DNA of 64,000 bases from Geosiphon pyriformis uo1 (GCA_016748015.1 JAAOMT010000561.1:8026-72025), one strand, 5' to 3'. Numbered from the stretch's first letter, positions 1 to 13,170 are shown. Program-made: numbers and translations. The notes: generated by a model not told the origin, from the sequence alone.

Positions 1-99
1 CTTTGCTTGCAGTGGGTGTAAATTGACTGGTAATACTCTAGAGTTGCTGTGTCTGGTGTGGTCACCACTTTGAATTTGTTGTTGCTGTGTTATTTCTGT

Positions 100-111
100 G
101 GGAGAGCACCA
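100..111 (-). promoter_or_regulatory. Primer-binding site (TGGTGCTCTCCC)
   Basis: Starts with TGG 2 nt after the LTR end. Complementary to a tRNA ending ...GAGAGCACCA; tRNA identity not determined. Confidence 0.65.
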
Positions 112-113
112 AA

Positions 114-1124
114 TGTTACCGGAGGTTTTTGGTCTCTTTTCTTAAATGTTGGTAATGTTGATTTGCTGTGAATTCACGTTTTCAGGAAGTAGTTGAATCT
201 CCAATAACTGAATTTATCTTCAAATTATCTCCTATAATTTGAACTGCTGGGCTTATAAGTGGAATAGCCAATTCCTTGCCAGTTACTTTATGTAGTTACA
301 TTGTAGTAAATGTCAACTTTTTTCCAGGAATTATTTGTCTGGAAGCTCACTAAAAATGTGTAGTTACTTTGCTGTGAAAGTCAACTCTTCTACAGGAATT
401 TCGTCTGTAGGCTACCCTAATGATTGTAATAAGAAAAATAAAAGAAAATAAAAGAAATGTAAAAAAATAGAATTTTGTCAAGAGAAACGTTTTCTATCCA
501 GGTCTGGAGTCACTAACAGTTTACTGAAATTGGTAGCTAATCAATTTCAAAATGTTAGTTGGGTTTTGGGGATTTTCCAAGTACAATAATTAAAAAATTT
601 GGTTTTTTGAATTATTTGATATTTATTTCTTTTTGTGTATATAGGAACGGTTTTAAGAGATAAATCTAAAGTAAGATACATTTTCCAGAAGAAAAAAGCT
701 CTTCTTTTATACAATTTGTTGTAGTACTAGTTTATGAACTTGCACTTTTTCTCTTTGCCCAAATTCCAGCAAACTAAAGATATATTTTGATGAACTACAA
801 GTTATTTTGCTGAACTATTGATTAATTTGGGTGAACTATTCATAATTTCGGCAAATTTCTGTAAATTTCGGTGAATTTCTTATAAATTTCAGCAAATTTC
901 TGTAAATCTCGGCGAATTTTTGAATGTTACAAAGTTCAGGGTATTGTGTAATTTGATCATCTTACTTTCTGTTGTACTAATTAGATTATTTTAATTGAAT
1001 CGTGATATGTGATAATTGATTAAATAATAAATAATAATTTGAAATAATATTAATATACTAATGAATTATAGGAATTATAAGGGTAATTTCATGCTAATTA
1101 ATAGCTAAAATTCTACTGGTAACA
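114..1124 (-). mobile_element. Family A LTR, probably the 5' LTR of a minus-strand element whose body lies left of the window
   Basis: TGTTACC...GGTAACA termini. Near-identical to 4200-5173, 11350-12335 and 39713-40683. No TSD. On the minus strand it is followed by TT-TGGTGCTCTCCC (PBS-like). Interrupts the plus-strand pol. Confidence 0.85.
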
Positions 1125-1327
1125 ATGTTCAAACTTTTGATGTCTTTGGCAATATTGAGAACAATTCAGAAGAATTTCATGAACATTATCAGCATTTGGC
1201 ACCTACTAGAGAAGAACAAAAACAGCATTTAGAGCAGTTGAACACTCAATTATGTCAATATTGCTTAATTTCATGTGACTTTTAATATTGTAATGAGTGT
1301 GATCTCATTTACAATCCACCACCATAT

Positions 1328-2431
1328 ATGATCTACATGATCTCAGAAGAAGATGAACCAATGAGCAGCTGCACATCTGAATTAAAATCAATTTCCAATT
1401 CCGATTCAAACTTTAACAATGATAATAATAAAAACAACAGTTCTAGCTCCGCTCTAAATAGCAATGAAAATGATAATAATTTAAACTCCGATTCAAACCC
1501 CGAAACATTTATTGCACTTCCTGACCTTTCCAAGAAACAGGAACTTAAATGGTTCAGTGATAATAACAAAAGTATCATGCCAGAATGCATGCATGATACT
1601 AATACAGGGTTTGATCTGAGATATCCAGAGAAAGATCCCATTAAATTAGAACCACATTCATGCACTTACATCAATCTGAAAATAGCACTGGAAATTCCAG
1701 CAACAACAATGGTTCAACTAGCATCCAAGAATAGTTTAGCAAAAAAAGAGATAAACATCAGAGGAGAAATAATTGACATAGAATATGTAGGAAATATCAT
1801 TGCTATGCTACAAAATGATTCAGAAAAAGCATATACCATAGATCCAAATGAAAAGATAGCACAGGCAATATTCCTACCTCTGATGAAAATAACTCAATTA
1901 GTGTCAGTGAGAAACAGGGAAGAATTAAGGATTACTACTAAAGGGATACAAAGATTCGGATCAATGAGTAGAATAGATGTATCAGTTAATATGGCAAAGG
2001 AAAAAGTTATTGACAAAAGAGATATTATCTCAACCTGCCAATCAATCTCTATCCCACCATATGATTAGTATATGTTAGCCATAAAAAAAAAAGTAAAAGA
2101 TCAAACTTAATTGTTCAAAGCAGAAGCCACCATTTGTGAATCAGGAGAGATTGAACTCACTAATCTTTACATATCTGTCAAAAGCCCCAAAAACATCAAA
2201 ATTCTCATTTATAACACAACTGGAAAGGTCATTGAAATACCAAAGGGAACCATCATTGGATATTTAACCACTCAAGTTGAAGATAAACCACCAAATCACA
2301 TTTCAGATTTTCCACAACTTTGCGGATATGTGGACATTACATCACAGACTATATACAAACGAAGTGAATGTTATCTACTCCAACCAGAACAATTGAAACA
2401 GATCAACATGAGAAATCTAGACCCACTCTAA
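1328..2431 (+). pseudogene. Retrotransposon dUTPase followed by a second degenerate dUTPase-like segment
   Basis: Motifs GFDL, LASKNSLA, IIDIEYVGNI, EKIAQAIF, KGIQRFGS (dUTPase motifs I-V, decayed). Then ILIYNTTGKVIEIPKGTIIG. Confidence 0.88.
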
Positions 2432-2434
2432 CAA

Positions 2435-3790
2435 ATGCAACTAAAGATATTACTCAGCAATTTCAATGACATCTTTGCAAGCAAAAATGAATTTGGCTGC
2501 ACCAATATCATCCAGCATCAGATCAAGACTAGAGATACAATGCCAATTAAGCAAAAAGCATACAGAGTACCACTAGCTAGCCATAAGATCATTCGTCAAG
2601 AAATCAATTGGATGCTTGACAATAGGTTAATTCAGCCATCAATAAGTCCATGGTCATTATCAGTGGTAGTCCAGAAGAAAAATGGAAAAATCCGTTTTTG
2701 TGTAGATTACCAAAAATTGAATGGAGTAACCAAAAAAGACAGCTACCCAACTCCAAAAATCCAAGAACTATTCAATGCTTTTGGAGAAAATAAATGGTTT
2801 TCAACACTAGATTTAGATAATGGTTATTGACAAATAGCCATGGACCCAGCTGACAAAGAAAAGACTGCATTCATGACAAGAGAAGGGAATTTCAAATTTG
2901 AAGTCATGCCATTTGGCTTGATAAATGCTCCAGTAACATTCCAATGACTCATGAAAATTGTCTATACTAGATTACTATGGAAATCAGTAGTTGTATACTT
3001 AGACAACACAAATGTATTTTCTAAGACATTTGATGACTATCTACATCATTTCCAACAAGTATTTAAAAGACTCAGATGAGCAGGATTGAAACTAAATGCC
3101 AATAAATGCTTCTTTGGCAAAACTGAGCTCAAGTTTTTGGGACATATGATGAGCAAAGATGGCATCAAAATGGATCCAGATAAAATTGCGATAGTAAAGA
3201 ACTTTCTAGTACCAACAAACTTGCCAGAACTAAGGGCATTTTTGGGATTTGCAGGCTATTACTACCACTTCATCAAGGATTTTTCTAAACTAGCCCAGCC
3301 ACTTTACTATCTACAAACCAAGAATGTGAAATATGAATGGATTGAAGCTCAACAAAAAGCATTTAACACATTGAGAAGAAAGCTTATTCAAGCTCCAGTG
3401 TTAATGTATTCAGACCACAGCAAACCAATCATTATTACTATGGATGCATCAAATTAAGCATTGGGAGTAGTACTATCACAGAAAAGACCAGATAGAAGAA
3501 AACATCCAGTAGCTTATATCAGTAGAAGCTTAATTCCAGCCGAAAAGAACTATAGAACACCAGTACTAGAACATTTAGCAATCTATTAGGCAGTCATGAA
3601 ATGGAGAAAATACTTGAGCCAAAAGTTTGAAATATATACAGATCACAAAAGATTGACTTCAATCCAGAAACAAGAATTTGCAGACAATTGCCATGCCAAA
3701 TGGAAAATAAAACTTTTACTATTAATTATACAGTACATTATAAAAAAAAAAAAAACAATGAAAATGCTGACAGATTGTCACAAATGAAAC
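2435..3790 (+). pseudogene. Ty3 reverse transcriptase + RNase H
   Basis: PIKQKAYR, SPWS, KIRFCVDYQKLN, FSTLDLDNGY, MPFGL, YLDN (YxDD), FLGFAGYY, TMDAS, IYTDHK. Confidence 0.95.
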
Positions 3791-3829
3791 AAATCTAAAA
3801 ACATTTCAACCCAAAAAATATAACAAAAC

Positions 3830-6070
3830 ATGAATATGCAAAAATACCAACAACTTCAGCATTATATAAATACTCAATTGTTCAAAGAGAAATTATTTCA
3901 AAAAGAACAAAACAACATAAAACAGCAATCAAAATATTTCATCAATCATCAAAATATACTTTACCAAAAAAACAGAAGAAATCCAGACCAACCAATCAGA
4001 GTAATTACAGAATCAGAAAAAGAAACAATATTGTTTAACATGCACTTAGATCCAACAACAAGATATTTTCATAAAGAAGCAACCATAAAAAGAGCAAGAA
4101 AAAGATAATATTGGCCATCAATGTATTCAGACATCATTCAATATGTTCAAAATTGTGATGCTTGTCAGAAAAGAGGAGGAACAAGACCCAATAAACCATT
4201 GTTACCGGAGGTTTTTGGTCTCTTTTTTGTAATGTTGTTGATATCTGTTTGTTGTGAATTCACATTTTCTGGATGTGGTTGAACCTCCAGTAACTAAATT
4301 TTCTCTTCAAATTATCTCCTATAATTTGAACTGCTGGGTTTATAAGTGGAATGGCCAATTCCTTGCCAGTTACTTTATGTAGTTACATTGTAGTAAATGT
4401 CAATTCTTTCCCAAAAATTGCTTGTCTGGAAGCTCACTAAAAAATGTGTAGTTACTTTGCTGTAAAAGTCAACTTTTCTACAGGAATCTCATCTGTAGGC
4501 TACCTTAATGATTGTAATAAAAAAAGAAAAGAAAAATAAAAGAAATGTAAAAGAAATAGAATTCTGTCAAGGGAAATGTTTTCTATCCAGACCTGAAATC
4601 ACTAACAGTTTTACTGAAATTGGTAGCTAATCAATTTCGAAATGTTAGTTGGGTTTTGGGGATTTTCCAAGTACAATAATTAAAGAATTTGGTTTTTTGA
4701 ATTATTTGATATTTATTTCTTTTTGTGTGTATAAGAACAGTTTTTAAGAGATAAATCTAAAGTAAGATACATTTTCTTAAAAAAAAAAGCTCTTTTTTTA
4801 TACAACTTGTTGTAGTATTAGTCTATGAACTTGCACTTTTTTTTTTTGCTCAAATTTTGGCAACTAAAGATACATTTTGATGAACTACAAGTTATTTTGC
4901 TGAACTATTGATTAATTTGGGTAAACTATTCATAATTTTGGCGAATTTCTGTAAATTTTGGTGATTTTTAGAATATTACAAAGTTCAGGGTATTGTGTAA
5001 TTTGATCATCCTACTTTCTGTTATACTAATTAGATTATTTTAATTGAATCATGATATGTGATAATTGATTAAATAATAAATAATAATTTGAAATGATATT
5101 AATATACTAATTAATTATAGGAATTATAAGAGTAATTTCATGCTAATTAATAGCTAAAATTCTACTGGTAACACCATTAAGACCAATCAAAGTGGAACAA
5201 CCATTTGATCACATTGGAATTGACTTAGTCAGACCATTAACAATCACCAGCAGAGGCAACAGATATATCACAGTAGCCATGGACTATTTCACAAAATGGC
5301 CAGAAACAAAAGCCATTCAAAGAGCAGATGCAGAATCTATTGCCGAATTTGTTTATTAAGATTTGATCTGTTGACACAGATGTCCAAAAAAACTACTATT
5401 AAATCAAGGAACTCACTTTGTGAACAGAACACTGGCAAAATTAAGTCAAAGATTTGGAGTTAAAAGACCATTGTTATCATCATATCATTCACAAACCAAT
5501 GGACTAGTTGAAAGATTCAATAGAACATTGTGTGAAACAGTTGCCAAGATCAGTCAAAAAAACCAGAATGAATGGGATTTGTTTATACTATCAGTACTAT
5601 TTGCTTATTGGACAATGAAGCAAGACACTACACAAGCAACACCATTTGAATTAGTATATGGCAGAACAGTAATATTACCAGTCGAGATAGAAGTCAACAC
5701 TTATCCAACAAAACCAATAACTGAAGACAATTTTCAGAAAATGTTGCTAAAAAGAACATATGACTTGATGAAAACTCTAGAAAACAAGCGACGAAAAGCA
5801 GCTAATAACATTTAAAAGTCATAAGAGAAACAAAAAGAGAGACATGATAACCAACTACCAGACAAACCAGTTGAATTCAAAATTGGAGACAAAGTACTTC
5901 TATATTGTACTAAAGCAGAAAAACAATGGAGTGAAAAATTTGACCCCAAATGAGACAGACCATTTTACATTGAAGAAATTCTTGGAAATGGAGCTTATAA
6001 ATTAAGATGGAACAACAAAATCTTAACCAAAGCAGCACATAGTGATCAACTGAAACCATATCACCATATA
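3830..6070 (+). pseudogene. Ty3 integrase (HHCC, DDE core, GPF motif; no chromodomain seen), split by a solo LTR
   Basis: CDACQK, then NKP|LRPIKVEQPFDHIGIDL in frame across the insertion. Also MDYFTKW, YHSQTNGLVERFNRTL, TPFELVYG. Confidence 0.93.
4200..5173 (-). mobile_element. Solo LTR family A
   Basis: TG...CA termini, TSD CCAT (4196-4199/5174-5177). Removing it restores the integrase frame. Confidence 0.95.
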
Positions 6071-6242
6071 GTATTACTATTATCAATAATATTCCACAAT
6101 TAGGAATACAATGAATACTAGTCCAACCAGATAAGATTCCATGAGATCTGGAACCAATCATAATCATTGGACTAAATATGTAAAATCAAACAATCAGAGA
6201 GTATATAAAGACACAGTATACGTGACAAAAGCAACCAAGAGA

Positions 6243-6878
6243 ATGGAAATACCAGATTATATTCACGCCATAGCTCAACAATTATTCCAGGCCTTAAGTT
6301 AATAATCATTAGACATGGAAATTATCATTAATAACCAAACAATTTGCTATCAAAACACCAAAAAAAAGACAAAGAACACATTATATTAGTGATCACCAAA
6401 GAACAATAAAAACTGGACAGATAACTTAATAAAAAAACTGAAAAATACTTTTGGGAAAATACTTGTTATGGCACCAACAGAAGAACTTACAAAAGAGAAT
6501 TAAAAGCAATGGACAGAATGACTTCCAATATTATATTGCTACTATCAGTTAGGTCAAAAGTTGAATATTCAGGAGTTGTATATCGACAAATCCAAGAAAA
6601 TATTCAACCAAGACATAATACAATAAATTAAAAAATTTATTGGAAAGAAAAAAAATTTAACACTATATGTTAGAACAATATACCGACTATACAACATATT
6701 TCAGAACTATTCAGAAGTACTGTTACACTCTGACATGAAAATCATAACCATCAACCAATGGAGAAGAATAAACAATACACAAGTAGAAGACATAAGAAAC
6801 AGAGTCGAACAAATAATACTTGAAAAAGAAGTATTAGAATTAATTCAAAATGAAGATTTCAATGGAGCTCAATATTAA
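6243..6878 (+). pseudogene. Extra 3' ORF of unknown function between integrase and PPT
   Basis: MEIPDYIHAIAQQLFQAL...RNRVEQIILEKEVLELIQNEDFNGAQY*, with stops/frameshifts. Ends immediately before the PPT. Confidence 0.55.
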
Positions 6879-6892
6879 AAAAGAGAAGATAA

Positions 6893-7755
6893 TATTACTC
6901 ATAAGAAAAAACAAATATAAGAAAATAGTAGACCAATAGGAGAATAGTATGTAGCATGTAAGCACATTGCTCAACAATGTAGAGCAATAATAGAAATCAC
7001 GGCACATTGCTTAGCAATGTGGAGCAATGTCAGAAAACACGGCACATTGCTTAGCAATATGGAGTGATATTAAAAAATGAGAGCACATCACTCAGCAATA
7101 TGAGCATTGCTCAAGAAATTATAGCACATTGCTCAGAAATGTAAGCAATCTCATAGAACATCAATTATGTATATATAGTGATAGCGTTAAAAGTAGAAAG
7201 AACAGAATCCATTAGTTAGAAATCTTCTATATCACAAATATCAATAAATAATTATTTACTATCTCAATCAACTCGTCACTATCAACATTTTATGTTAATA
7301 GTAATTGATACTTAACTCCACTGGAACAATAGCTCTTGATCATGGCTATTGATGGAATACTAACTCGTGCATTGCCTTGGCTCCTTTTTTTATTTTTCTT
7401 TTCTTTTATTTTGTTTTGTTTTTTTGATTTTTATTGTTGTATACTAATTGATTGAGGATTAAAAGCACTGAGATACAGACGTCATAGTGACTGGTAAAAG
7501 ACCTGTGAAACAAGGATAAAACACTCATAGATTTGAGAGTAGCTTACCAAGAGGATTACTGGCCATCATGCTGAGAAAAAAATTTGACAAAACTACAGTT
7601 TCGGAAAGCTACAGATAAACCCATCAATTAACTTTCTGTCTATTATACAAAAAACTCTACAATAAAACCTTCAGATATCAATACTTGAGTACCAACCAAG
7701 CACCAAGTTACAGATTTGTTATTTGACTTGAGATCCCAAATAATCATCTGTAACA
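6893..7755 (+). repeat. 3' LTR family B
   Basis: T(A)TTACTCATA...CTGTAACA. Homologous to 13171-14154, 15610-16458 and 39506-41265. Palindromic U3 array and TATATATAG. Confidence 0.9.
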
Positions 7756-7849
7756 TTGGCATTAGTGTTCTTGGATCCTTCCTTGTAATGAACTTTGAGT
7801 GAAAATTGTTGCAGATAAGTATTCTATCTTGCATATTTTTTTTTCAGCT

Positions 7850-9110
7850 GTGGGTTATTGAGTAATTAAATGAGTTTCTTATAATTAGTATATAGGTCAA
7901 ATAGTTGCCTGAGGTAGTGTTTCTATGTTTCTATGGCCCAATAAATAACAAGGCATTCCAAATTTGTTGCACTATATATTTTTTCTGCTGGGCTGGTACT
8001 GCGACTGGTATAGGTAATTGGATGTTCTCTTCTGTCTGGTCTTATTTGTGATAATACAGCTTCTAGTGCATTTTTTAATGCATCTGTAGTGTCAATGAAT
8101 TGTTTGATGAAATCAGGATAGATCAGTATTGGAGATGTGATTAATCACTGTTTAAGATAGTTAAAGGCCTTTTGTTGCTTTTCTTTCTACAGGTATGGCA
8201 TGTATTTTGACAACAAATAATGAAGAGGTTTTGTAATAGTTGAGAATCCTTTGATGAATTGGCAGTAGTATCCAGCCAGTTTTAAAAATCCTCATAGCTC
8301 TTGTAAGTTGATTGGGGCTGAAAAATCCTTGATCTTTTGGATTTTGTCTGAGTTGGGTTTTATTCTGTCTTTGCTGATCATGTGTTCTAAAAATTTCAGT
8401 TCAGTTTTCCTGAAAAAGCATTTATTAGAATTGAGTTTCAATCCAGCACCTCGAAAGTGTTCAAAAACTTGTTGCAAGTAAAGCAAATGTTTGTCAAATG
8501 TTTCCAAGAAGACATTGGTGTCATCCAAGTATACTATAATTAATTTCCACAAGATTCCTTTATATATGACATCCATAAGACATTGGAATGTAGTAGGAGC
8601 ATTGCACAGTTCGAAAAGCATTAAGTTGAATTCAAAATTTCTGTCTTGGATGGTGAATGCCATTTTCCCTTTGTTTTTCAGGTCTATTTTGACTTGTCAA
8701 TATCCACTGGCCAAATCTAGAAATGAGAACTATTTCTTTTTTCCTAAGTTGTTTAGGATTTTTTGGATAAGAGATGTGAGATAACTATTTTTTCAAGTAA
8801 TACTATTTAATTTTTGGTAATCTATGCAGAATTGTACCTTTCCATTTTTCTTGGTGATTAAGACCACTGAAGAAGACCGAAGGCTTAATGATTTTTTAAT
8901 TAGTTTGTTGTTAAGCATTTGTTGTACTTTTTGCTTAATCAGATTATCTCTAGATGGGGGTATTCGATAAGCTTGCTGCTTAATAGGTTGAGCATTTCTG
9001 GTGTCAATCTGGTGTTTTATGATATTGGTGCATCTGAACTCATTTTCATTAGTAAAGACATTGGTGTATTAGTTCAATAGAATCTTAAGTTGCATTTGCT
9101 GTAAAGTGCT
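7850..9110 (-). pseudogene. Ty3 RT + RNase H
   Basis: MLFELCNAPTTFQ, VYLDD, KCFFRKTELKFLEH. Confidence 0.9.
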
Positions 9111-9176
9111 CAGGTTTCCCAAATTGAGTTTATTGATTTCTTCTGACATGAACAAGTAATTTTTTTTTGGCAGGTT

Positions 9177-10139
9177 TCATACTTGTGAGATAATGTCACA
9201 GAACAAGAACAATTGAGTGAAATCTAGAATGAACTGAGGTTTTTCTGAATTCTGAATATTTGAAAATATGAAACCAACAAGGGTTCCCTTAGGAATTTTA
9301 ATAATGTCTTCAGTCAAATTGTGGATGAGAATTTTGAAGTGTTTATAAGCTTTGGCTGGTAAGTACAGGTTAGCAACATTGGCTAATGAGCAGATTTTGG
9401 AATTGGCCTTGAAGACTAGTGCTTGGTTCTGAATCTTTTGGTTGATTTTGAGAATGTACTGCCAATAAGAAGTAATAGAAATAATGGTGTTAGTGTAAAT
9501 AAATTCTACCTGATTACTATTCTCCTCCATAAAATTGACCATTATGTTCTTTCTTCTACTTGAGCCAAACCCCTTGATTTCTCGGACAGTAAGATCTAAT
9601 TCTTCTTAGGTGGTAACTAAGACTAGTTGGGGTATTTTGACTAAAGATAAGATGGCTTGGGCAATTTTTTTGTGAGATTCAATCTTGTAAAGTTTGTTTG
9701 AATTGTTCTGTAGCATTACAATGATGTTTTTCATATATCCAGCATTAATAATTCCTTCTTTTACATTGATTTTTTTTTTTGCAAGATTTAATCTAGACAC
9801 TACTTGTATTATGGTACTAACAAAAATTTCTAGCACTATTTTGAGATCTATTTTTACCAGGAAATGTAGGGCTATAACTATGGGTAATTGTTCAGAGTAT
9901 CTTAAGTCAAAACTTGTATTGGTTTTGTGTGCTTTTTCTGGGCATATTTCTTTGTTGTCATTACTGTACCACTTTAATTCTAATTCTTTGAAAAGGTCAG
10001 GATATGCAAGATATTGTTCTATTTCGGTAGTCTGATTTGGCTCTTGAAATAATATGTCTTTGGTAAGTAATTCCTCTTTTTCTTCAGGCTCAGGTAATTT
10101 GGTAATCAGGTATAGAATTCTGAAAGGCAGGTTGAACAT
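9177..10139 (-). pseudogene. Retrotransposon dUTPase plus second degenerate segment
   Basis: SFDLRY, SRLNLAKK, GIINAGYMKNI, KKIAQAI. Paralogous to 1328-2431. Confidence 0.85.
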
Positions 10140-11349
10140 AAGATTACATTTGTCGTAGTATTAAAAGTGGCAAGGAATTAAGCAGTGATTGTATAGTTTA
10201 GTATTTAGATCAACTAGCTGCTGTTTTTGCTCTTTTCGGGTTAGGGCCAATTCTTGATATCAGTTCTGAAATGCATTGGGGTTATCTGTAAAGAAATTAT
10301 CCACAAAGTAGTCGGATTTGTTATATTTGGGCATCCAAGGGTTGTTCTTAATTTCTCGTATTTCTTCAGTGTGGCACCTTTGGCTTTGGCACTTATTATT
10401 CTCCAAATTTTGTGATTATTATGTAAATAACCATTCAGCCTATTGAGTGCTCATTTCCAAGTGTCCTCGATAGAGATTCCCTTTCATACCTAATTGTTGA
10501 TTAATATGGTGTATTGACAAGCCTCATTGCATGTTTCTTCTCTGCCAGGCACATCATTCCAGAGTTCTTCATTAGGCAGAATTTCGCCACATGCAAGGCA
10601 TGACATGTTGTCCCATTTGTTTTGTTATTTTGGTCATTCAAATTTTTTCAATAAACAAGGTCTGCAGTAGTATTTGGTGGCAGTAGGCCATTCTTTGTTG
10701 TCTCTGATACATGTGTTCATAGTGGATAGCTTCTTTTCACAATCAATACATATTAGTCTTGGAAGTTAGTAAAATAGATTTCTTTGGTTTGAGGTTATGT
10801 ATATTAGTGATGACGATTGGAGTTTTTTTTCAGCTCTGTCTTTTCTTTTTTCTTCCCAGGTTGGTGGTGGAAGTAGTTCAGTTTGATAAATGTCCACCCA
10901 TGAAACCTAATAGATCTTAATATTTAGTAGTAGTGGTGTGTCTTCAAATTCAATAAGAAGTTCTTTAGTATATTGGGTTTTAAAGTGTTCGCACATAGCT
11001 GGGACTTGGGCATGCTGTCCATTAAATGTGAGTTGAAGTTCTTGGGTGTTCTAGTCGAGAGTAGCGTTGGCTTTTGACAACCAATTATTTCCTACCAGAG
11101 CTTGATATTGAGTAGCTTCTATGACAAATACTTTAGTAAGGATCTGAATTCCATTAATCTCAAAAGGGAAGTTGTCAATTTCTCCTATTGGAGTTTTTGT
11201 GTTTCCATCCATTGTAATGATCTGGACAGTAGCAGCATGGTCTACTCAGTGACCTAGTTGGTCCATGAGCTGCTTTGTGATTATGCTACCAGCTGATCTG
11301 TTGTCTAAAATTAATTTAATGTCTATTCTTTCGACTCTGGTGTTAGTGT

Positions 11350-12335
11350 TGTTACCAGACAAAATTAGAGATATTATTTAGCATAAAATTATCTTATAAT
11401 TCCTATCATTAATTAGCATATATTATTGTTTCAAATTATCACTTATTACATTAGCAAAAATGTCTGAAATTATTATTTTATTAATAACTCAAATTGTACA
11501 CAACACAAATATAACTTAATTGCAATGATCAATCATGCAATATCCCAAACTATGTAATATTCAAAAGTTTGCCGAAATTTGTAGAAATTTGCCAAAATAA
11601 TTAATAGTTCACCGAAATATCTAATAGTTTGCAGAAATAACTTGTAGTTCGCCAAAATGTATCTTTAGTTCAGCAAAATTGTAGAAAATAGCAAAGTTCA
11701 AGTTCATAGAATAGTGTTATAACAAGTTGTATAAAAGAAGAGCTTCTCTCTTCGAGAAAATGTATCTTACTTTAGATTTATTACTTAGAACCACTCCTAC
11801 ACACACAAAAAAAAATAAATATAAAATAATTTGAAAAACCAAAAACTCTTTAATTATTGCATTTGGAAAATTCTCAAAACTCAACTAATGTTTTGAAATT
11901 GATTAGCTACCAATTTCAATAAACTGTTAGTGACTTCAGGCCTGGATTGAAAATGTCTCTCTTGACAGAATTCTATTTCTTTTACATTTTTTATTTTATT
12001 TTCTTTTTATTTTCTTACTATAATCATTAGGGTAGCCTACAGATAAGATTTCTGTAAAAGAGTTGACTTTTACAGCAAAGTAACTACACATTTTTTTAGT
12101 GAGCTTCCAGACGAGCATTTCCTGGGAAAGAGTTGACATTTACTACAACGTAACTACATAAAACAACTGGCACAGAATTGACCATTTCACTTATAAGCCC
12201 AGCAGTTCAAATTATAGGAGATAATTTGAAGATAAATTCAGTTACTGGAGATTCAACCACATCCAGAAAACGTGAATTCACAGCAAACAAGCATCAACAG
12301 CATTTAAGAAAAGAGACCAAAAATCTCCAGTAACA
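11350..12335 (+). mobile_element. Solo LTR family A (inverted relative to the other copies)
   Basis: TGTTACCAG...CAGTAACA, TSD GTGT/GTAT. Sits just upstream of the protease motif. Confidence 0.92.
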
Positions 12336-13170
12336 GTATATAGGGCCGTTATTTGTTTATCCTAATTGATGGCTGCTCCACTAAAAAAGCTATGGATGCT
12401 CAAATTATTAATGTCAAAAGGAAATATGATGACTAGGGTAGTGTTCTTGGTAATAATGGCTGGTAAGATATTACTTTTTGTTAACTTGAAAGGTTGGAAG
12501 ATTTGTTTTTTCACAGATATAGATTTATCAAAACCCTGGTCTTTCATGAGACTGAGGTAGGAAGCTTGATTCGAATATTTGGTTGGTGCAAGTCAAAATT
12601 GAGCAGAACTGTGAGGAATTGGTCAAGACGGTCTGCTGTTGGTTTGTGCCTGATTGTTGTTGAGATTCCTCCATCCCTAATTATAATCTATGGCTTGAGG
12701 TCTGAACTGGCTGTAAGGAAAAATTTGATAGTGAGGAATTGTTTGTGTTATTGGTAATGGTTGATAATAATTCTGGGGTGGTGGTTGAGTATATGGGACT
12801 TGTTATGCATACTGGGGCAGTTGATTTTGAAGTATTGAATATTGGAATACTATGTTTTGCTAATATCTTGGTTGCTGGTATTGGTTTCCTTGAGTTTGGT
12901 CTATTATCTTTTTTCTGTAGTCACAGGCAATATGTTCAGGTTTCTGGCAATAATAACAGTTGTGAGAATTGGATCTTCAAGGTTGTTGCTATTGCTGACA
13001 GTTCTGTTGCTATAGATATCTGCTATTGTTGTTATTTTCTCTTTATTGTGATAGTTGGTAAGTTCCTGTAGTTCTGGCTAAGAATCCCTCAATTTTCTGA
13101 GTAAATTTTTCACTTAATTGGATTATCTTTGCATTAATGTTAGAGGTTCCATTGATGGCTAAATTTATGG

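Larger units (their letters stand above)
1125..7755 (+). mobile_element. Degenerate Ty3/Gypsy retrotransposon (family B LTR): dUTPase-RT-RNase H-integrase-extra ORF-PPT-3' LTR
   Basis: Gypsy domain order RT-RH-IN. Many in-frame stops. Purine tract at about 6877-6892, then LTR 6893-7755. Inserted into the minus-strand element that resumes at 7756. Confidence 0.93.

Noticed and set aside
6955-7150. CRISPR-like palindromic repeats
   Set aside because: Spacers are short and mutually similar, the array is part of a multicopy LTR, the context is eukaryotic and there are no cas genes.
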